A stretch of 61,729 bases of DNA, filler included. It is 3 parts of 3 records of this genome, joined end to end, with 100 filler letters (N's around TTAATTAATTAA, not from the genome) between each part and the next. Parts side by side here need not be neighbours in the genome. Positions count along the whole stretch, not along the records: positions 41,490 to 61,729 come from SRR31156797_1949; 2 more parts are not named here. One strand, written 5' to 3'. Position numbers and translations under genes: made by a program. This document shows positions 56,336 through 61,729 of the stretch, piece by piece (position 1 is the first letter of the stretch; each line of letters begins with the position of its first letter). The notes below the pieces were generated by a model. It saw nothing but the letters and a program-made list of their open reading frames with translations. It was not told the origin of the DNA and did no database searches.

Positions 56336-58360
56336 CTATTGGACACTCCTTCGTTTATCGACATTAACAATTGCTTTACTATTCGAATGTGATTGATATG
56401 GCAACGTAAAATAAAAGATAGAGCCTACTCCTTCCTCACTTTTAACCCAAATTTTGCCTCCTAGCATCTCGATATACGATTTGGTGATCGATAAACCCAA
56501 ACCAACACCCTGCCGTGCCATTACATCGGTAATATCAGCTTGAATAAAGCGTTCAAAAATGGCATCTATACGATCCTTAGCAATTCCATAACCAGTGTCA
56601 CTAACATAAAATTCAAGTTCATCACCTTTCTTCCTATAACCAAACTCAATAGTGCCTTTTGCCGTGTATTTAATCGCATTTTTAACCAAATTGGTTAAAA
56701 TTGCAAACAACTTTTCCCTATCGGTCGTAACAATCGACTCATTATCTAATAATCCATTTTTAAAAATTAGTTTTATCCCCTTTTCTTCAACTTCGGGCTT
56801 AAAAAATGTATGGATATATTCCATTTGTTCGTTAATATTTGAATCAGCTAATTCCACCTCCACTAATCCGGATTCAATCTTCGAAATATCAATAATATCA
56901 TTAATGATATTCAACATTCTATTTCCACTTTTTTCAATAATATCAATATACTTTTCCTTCTTATCTTTTCTTAATTTGTGTCCTTTCAATAGATCGGCAA
57001 AACCTAAAATACCGTTCATTGGAGTGCGTATTTCGTGACTCATATTCGCCAAAAATGCTGATTTTAAACGGTCACTTTCTTCAGCTCTGTTCTTGGCTTT
57101 AATCATTTCTGATTCTGTCTTCTTTCTTTCCGAAATATCTGTCATGGTTCCTACCATGCGCAATACCTGCCCACTGGTATGCCGCTTTACAACACTTCCG
57201 CGTCCCAACACCCATTTCCATTTACCCGATTTTGTTTTTAGGCGGTGTTCCTCTTGCCAAAATTCTTTCTTTCCCACCATGTGTTCATTCAAACTTTGTA
57301 ATATTAACTCTTTATCATCAGGATGAATTCTATCTCCCCACGATTCATATTTGGGTGCGATATCCTGCTCGCCTAAAATTCTTGCATAAGCCGGATTAAA
57401 ATAAACATGACCGGTTGGCACATCCCAATCCCACAATCCATCAGTAGTTGCTTCCATGGCTAGGCGGTGCGTTTCTTCGCTTTTTCTTAGCAGTTTATAC
57501 GATTCAGTCTCTTTTGTAATATCATGAGAAGTGAAAAGAACAAATTTTGTTTCATCTTCTACTTTATGAATAGGAGTATATGATGTTTCTGAATGATAAG
57601 GTTTATCATTTAGGTCGATACTTTCGATATACTTGATCTGTTTTTGAGTATCTGTAACTTTTTGATAATAATTGAGGGTATATTCAAAAACCTCTTCATC
57701 AAGGTGTAAGATATCTACGAGCACTTCTTTCAAATTTTTCCCAACCAAGTCCTGCTCCAATACATTTAATCCAAACCGGTTTACAGTATTGATATAAGAC
57801 TTGTTTGCTGCCACAACAATAAATCTTTTGTACCCCTCATATTCTGATAAAAGTTGTGCATCCTGTGTGTTATTAAATACTGCGGACAGATAATTCTGAC
57901 TATCCTTTAGTTTAATTTCAGCCTTGTTACGTTCTGTTACATCGGTATGTGTTCCAACAATTCTTATAGCCACCCCGGTAGCATCAAAAATAGCCTCAGA
58001 TCGTGATAAAACATCGACCCAATGCCCTGCCTTGTGTTTCATTTTAAATTCGAGAATCAAACGATCAATATCCTTTGCAATAAGTTTTTGGGTTAATTCC
58101 AATGATTTTCTAACATCTTCAGGGTCGGTTAAATTTTCCCAAACAGAAAAAACATTTGAAAGCTCATGATCCTCATATCCCAACATCTTTTTCCAACCCG
58201 GCGAAAAATAAATAGAATTGTCCTTAAGATTCCAATCGAATAATCCATCATTTGTAGCTTTCATAGCAAGCTTAAATCGTTCCTCGCTCTCTTCTAACTT
58301 TTGATAGGCTACTATTAATTTTTGTTCGGCTTCTTTAGGTTTCTGTTTATTGGATTTCAT
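56336..58360 (-). CDS. Cytoplasmic multi-PAS histidine kinase
   Basis: Three PAS domains (two DGL.DW…), FLANMSHEIRTP, NAIKYT, DTGYG, GVGLGL. Confidence 0.92.
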   Translation of the reverse strand: MKSNKQKPKEAEQKLIVAYQKLEESEERFKLAMKATNDGLFDWNLKDNSIYFSPGWKKMLGYEDHELSNVFSVWENLTDPEDVRKSLELTQKLIAKDIDRLILEFKMKHKAGHWVDVLSRSEAIFDATGVAIRIVGTHTDVTERNKAEIKLKDSQNYLSAVFNNTQDAQLLSEYEGYKRFIVVAANKSYINTVNRFGLNVLEQDLVGKNLKEVLVDILHLDEEVFEYTLNYYQKVTDTQKQIKYIESIDLNDKPYHSETSYTPIHKVEDETKFVLFTSHDITKETESYKLLRKSEETHRLAMEATTDGLWDWDVPTGHVYFNPAYARILGEQDIAPKYESWGDRIHPDDKELILQSLNEHMVGKKEFWQEEHRLKTKSGKWKWVLGRGSVVKRHTSGQVLRMVGTMTDISERKKTESEMIKAKNRAEESDRLKSAFLANMSHEIRTPMNGILGFADLLKGHKLRKDKKEKYIDIIEKSGNRMLNIINDIIDISKIESGLVEVELADSNINEQMEYIHTFFKPEVEEKGIKLIFKNGLLDNESIVTTDREKLFAILTNLVKNAIKYTAKGTIEFGYRKKGDELEFYVSDTGYGIAKDRIDAIFERFIQADITDVMARQGVGLGLSITKSYIEMLGGKIWVKSEEGVGSIFYFTLPYQSHSNSKAIVNVDKRRSVQ

Positions 58361-58650
58361 AACTACATCCTTAATTTCGGTGTTCTTTTACAAACAATAT
58401 TTAGGTTATACACAGATTACCAACTTAAACTAATCAGTTCTCTTGTATCAGAAGAATAGGGGTCGGTACAGTTAGTTTTCATTTATTAAAAACACTAACT
58501 TAATATAACAATTTAATTGGAAAACTCAGCAATGTTTTTTATCTATACTTCATGTTTTCAGCCCCATACACAAACATAACGCTTAAAATATTATCAAGGC
58601 TTGATTTAAATATTTTTAGAACACATAACAAACTATACCAACCGGGTTTC

Positions 58651-59508
58651 TTAATAAGTCTTTGTCATATCCTCTCGAACCACAATCACATACTTGTTTT
58701 TTCCTTTTAGTTCTGCATCCATCTTTTTAATTTGATCGGCTGTTGCAGTGTAGATTGTTGCGATTTTCAATTCTGGATTTGCTTGCTTCAAGTACCAAAC
58801 AATACCTTCATAGTTATTGGAATGATAAGCCCCATTGTAGTGTATGAATTGCTGACCTTGCTTCCAATTTTCCAATATAAAATGTGCCATAGTAGCATCT
58901 TTTATTGCCTGAGCTTTTGGGAAATTCTCCATCATTTTACTGCTCATATGCATATCCATTTCTTTCATTGCCTTGTAGCCTGGCAATTCTGCATCATAGG
59001 CAATTGGTTGAGGAGCTATCCATGCTTTTTCCTCATCGCTTAGTTTTTCAAGTACTTTAAATCCACCTTTAAATACTTTAGATGCATATCGACGAGGTAT
59101 ATTACTTGCTATAAAATGCAACTGATGATCTTTGGCAAAATCCACCAGTGGTTTGTAGTCGGTCTTGTAGTTTTTCCACAAGCGAGTTGTATCGGTAAAC
59201 TCCTCCTCCGATAGTTCTCCCTTTAAATAGGCAGAAAGAAATTCCTGATTATCGGTCTCAAACATTTCTGCTCCTAAAACCAGATTTAATCCTTTTAATC
59301 CATATAAATCTTTGGTTACCTGCACCTCCAACCAATGTGCTATAGGGTTGTTGTGTAATTCTCCAAACAAAACCACATCTGCATCGGCAATCTGCTTAAT
59401 CATTTTCTGATAACGAATGGGTTTACCATTCTCTTTAAATATTCTGTAAGTAGGATTTCCATTGCTGAAAGCAAAACAAATAAAGGCTAAGAATATGAAC
59501 TTTTTCAT
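58651..59508 (-). CDS. ChaN-family (Tiki-like) exported protein
   Basis: DVVLFGELH, GAEMFE.D.Q, NY.TDY.PL, AQAIKDATMA, NG.YHS. Confidence 0.85.
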   Translation of the reverse strand: MKKFIFLAFICFAFSNGNPTYRIFKENGKPIRYQKMIKQIADADVVLFGELHNNPIAHWLEVQVTKDLYGLKGLNLVLGAEMFETDNQEFLSAYLKGELSEEEFTDTTRLWKNYKTDYKPLVDFAKDHQLHFIASNIPRRYASKVFKGGFKVLEKLSDEEKAWIAPQPIAYDAELPGYKAMKEMDMHMSSKMMENFPKAQAIKDATMAHFILENWKQGQQFIHYNGAYHSNNYEGIVWYLKQANPELKIATIYTATADQIKKMDAELKGKNKYVIVVREDMTKTY

Positions 59509-59575
59509 TGGATAGATTTTATGAATCTATCTAAGATATTGAAAATATTCATAAAAACACCTACAGGCTAACCTC

Positions 59576-61042
59576 TTAGTGAAAGGTATGGTTTAACTTT
59601 TCTACCCTTCCATTATTTATACACAACAAACCAATAAAGGTCAAAATTCCATTAATCATCAACAGTTCAAATCCGATTGAAATGCCGAACCAATCCATAG
59701 AATTGTCTTTTAAAATGTAACAGATTACAGGTGATAAAATAGCTACAAAAGGCACCCATTTGTCCTTCACTTTTAGTTTAGTGAACAATCCAAATGCATA
59801 CAAACCAAGTAAAGGACCGTAGGTATATCCGGCAACGGTAAATATGGCTGCAATTACAGAATCGTCATTTATCACTCTAAAAATCATTATTACAACAAGC
59901 AATAAAACTGAAAATAGGATGTGCGATTGTCGGCGAAGTCTTTTTGTTTTTACCTCATCTTTTTCATCTGCTCCTAAAATATCAACCGTGAATGATGTGG
60001 TTAATGAAGTTAATGCAGAATCGGCACTTGAGTATGCCGCAGCCATTAAACCAACCAAAAAGAAAAGGCTTACTACAGGTCCCAAGTGCTGCGTTGCCAA
60101 CATCGGAAACAGATCATCTCCCCTTTCCGGAATAACAATCCCTTCATGTTGTGCAAACATCAATAATAGAGCACCTAAAACTAAAAATAGCAAGTTGGCA
60201 GGAATAAAAGCAAATCCATACCAGTACATGTTCTTTTTTGCTTCACCCAAATTTTTACAGCTTAGGTTTTTCTGCATCATGTCCTGATCCAAACCAGTCA
60301 TAACAATGGTAATGAAAGCACCTGTGAAAAATTGCTTAAAGAAATTCTGCTTGCTTTTCCAATCATCGAACTCGAATACTTGTGAGTATTCACTTTTCCC
60401 AACCATCTCCGTTAATCCAGCAATATCCAAATGCAACTTGTCCATAATTAGGTAAATGCTTACACCTACTGCCAAAAGCATAAAAAGGGTTTGTAACGTA
60501 TCGGTCCAAACAATTGTTTTTATTCCCCCTTTAAAAGTATACAGCCATATCAGTAAAATAGTAATGATTACCGTCACTGCAAAGGGAATTCCCCAAGTAT
60601 CAAAAACTGTAATCTGCAATACATTTGCCATTAAAAACAATCGAAAAGATGCTCCAATGGTTCTTGAGAGTAAGAAAAAAGACGCACCAATTTTATAAGC
60701 TGTTTTGCCAAACCTTCCTTCTAAATAGGTGTAGATAGAAGTAAGATTTAATTTGTAGTAAAGTGGCAATAGAATATTAGCAACCACAATATAGCCCAAC
60801 ATGTATCCCAATACCATTTGCATGTATGTAAAATCTATCGATTTTACCCAGCCAGGAACCGAAATAAATGTAACGCCCGATAAGGACGCACCTACCATTC
60901 CAAAAGCCACAACATACCACGGCGATTGTTTGTTACCAACAAAAAATCCTTTATTATCAGCTTTTCTTCCGGTGAAATATGAAATCAACAGTAAAAGGGC
61001 AAAATACCCAACAACTACAAATAGAATGGTAATTGGTGACAC
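59576..61042 (-). CDS. Sodium:solute symporter family protein
   Basis: SLSGVTFISVPG, GGIKTIVWTD, GLDQDMMQK, AAYSSADS; GTG start. Confidence 0.93.
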   Translation of the reverse strand: MSPITILFVVVGYFALLLLISYFTGRKADNKGFFVGNKQSPWYVVAFGMVGASLSGVTFISVPGWVKSIDFTYMQMVLGYMLGYIVVANILLPLYYKLNLTSIYTYLEGRFGKTAYKIGASFFLLSRTIGASFRLFLMANVLQITVFDTWGIPFAVTVIITILLIWLYTFKGGIKTIVWTDTLQTLFMLLAVGVSIYLIMDKLHLDIAGLTEMVGKSEYSQVFEFDDWKSKQNFFKQFFTGAFITIVMTGLDQDMMQKNLSCKNLGEAKKNMYWYGFAFIPANLLFLVLGALLLMFAQHEGIVIPERGDDLFPMLATQHLGPVVSLFFLVGLMAAAYSSADSALTSLTTSFTVDILGADEKDEVKTKRLRRQSHILFSVLLLVVIMIFRVINDDSVIAAIFTVAGYTYGPLLGLYAFGLFTKLKVKDKWVPFVAILSPVICYILKDNSMDWFGISIGFELLMINGILTFIGLLCINNGRVEKLNHTFH

Positions 61043-61171
61043 AGGCTAAATTTTAGAATGAATCTCAAAAATAGGCAAAGCGTTGATTTAATCAAATCTC
61101 GTGTATTGAAGAAAGACCAAGGATTTTCGTATAAATTGTTACTTTTGGTGACAGAAACCAATTGATGACAG

Positions 61172-61729
61172 ATGAGCTACACGAATTTTCCTTCTAAATT
61201 GCTAGAAAATGCAGTTGCTGAATTTTCAAAACTTCCAGGAATTGGAAGAAAAACAGCACTCAGGTTGGTTTTACATTTGCTAAACCAACCAAAGGAAGAT
61301 GTACATCGTTTTGGTGCATCCATCACTCAACTCCGAGATGAAATAAAACATTGCACCTCATGCTACAACATTTCAGATACTGAAGTTTGCGACATTTGTG
61401 CAAACCCAAAGCGCGATCACGAAACAATCTGTGTTGTAGAAAGTATTCGAGATGTAATGTCAATTGAACGTACTCAACAATACAATGGAATCTATCATGT
61501 ATTAGGTGGAATTATATCTCCAATGGATGGTGTTGGTCCAAGCGATCTACAGATTGATCCGTTAATTGCAAAAGCCCAAGAAGGAAAAATGAAAGAAGTA
61601 ATTTTGGCTTTAAGCACCACCATGGAAGGTGATACAACCAACTTTTTTCTTTACAAAAAAATGAACAAATTCGAACTCAATATCACTACAATTGCACGAG
61701 GTGTTTCCATTGGCGACGAACTGGAATAT
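61172..61729 (+). CDS. recR: Recombination mediator RecR (3'-truncated; missing from the ORF track)
   Basis: Own translation: [32 protein letters not shown]…CTSCYN…CDIC…ICVVE…YHVLGG…EGDTT…[13 protein letters not shown]; upstream TACTTTTG -7 element. Confidence 0.96.
   Translation, partial: MSYTNFPSKLLENAVAEFSKLPGIGRKTALRLVLHLLNQPKEDVHRFGASITQLRDEIKHCTSCYNISDTEVCDICANPKRDHETICVVESIRDVMSIERTQQYNGIYHVLGGIISPMDGVGPSDLQIDPLIAKAQEGKMKEVILALSTTMEGDTTNFFLYKKMNKFELNITTIARGVSIGDELEY

Noticed and set aside
57020-57090. Near-identical H-box (AEESDRLKSAFLANMSHEIRTPMNGI) shared with the kinase at 16840-19158
   Set aside because: Highly conserved motif of a large Bacteroidales kinase family on different contigs; not evidence of recent duplication

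Overview
The window is not one continuous locus. It holds three sequence blocks joined by two identical artificial 100-bp linkers (44 N + TTAATTAATTAA + 44 N, at 26119-26218 and 41390-41489). Block 1 (1-26118) is Bacteroidales-like (T9SS substrate, TAnnTTTG promoters). It carries a TPR protein, a TreS fused to an apparently inactive maltokinase domain, an isocitrate/isopropylmalate-family dehydrogenase, an uncharacterised cytochrome c-DUF5777-YceI-SpoIIE sensor operon, a peptidase, a histidine kinase, tag and serC-serA-DUF1015. Block 2 (26219-41389) is from a different, AT-rich bacterium with strong SD sites and sigma70 promoters. It carries a Frw-type PTS plus PflD/PflC glycyl-radical regulon with a DeoR regulator, an RmlD-like reductase, a Cys-rich EIIA and several structured intergenic elements, followed by MarR and a heterodimeric ABC exporter. 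Block 3 (41490-61729) is again Bacteroidales-like: partial alaS, a porin-nrfH-nrfA-ccsB-ccsA operon, a divergent fused CcsBA, HxlR/nitroreductase/YdhR, a histidine kinase, ChaN, an SSS transporter and partial recR. No rRNA, tRNA, CRISPR array or transposase was seen. The best novelty candidates are the variant PflD regulon with its covarying RNA hairpin family and the cytochrome c-beta-barrel-YceI operon. All family assignments come from motif recognition, not database searches.
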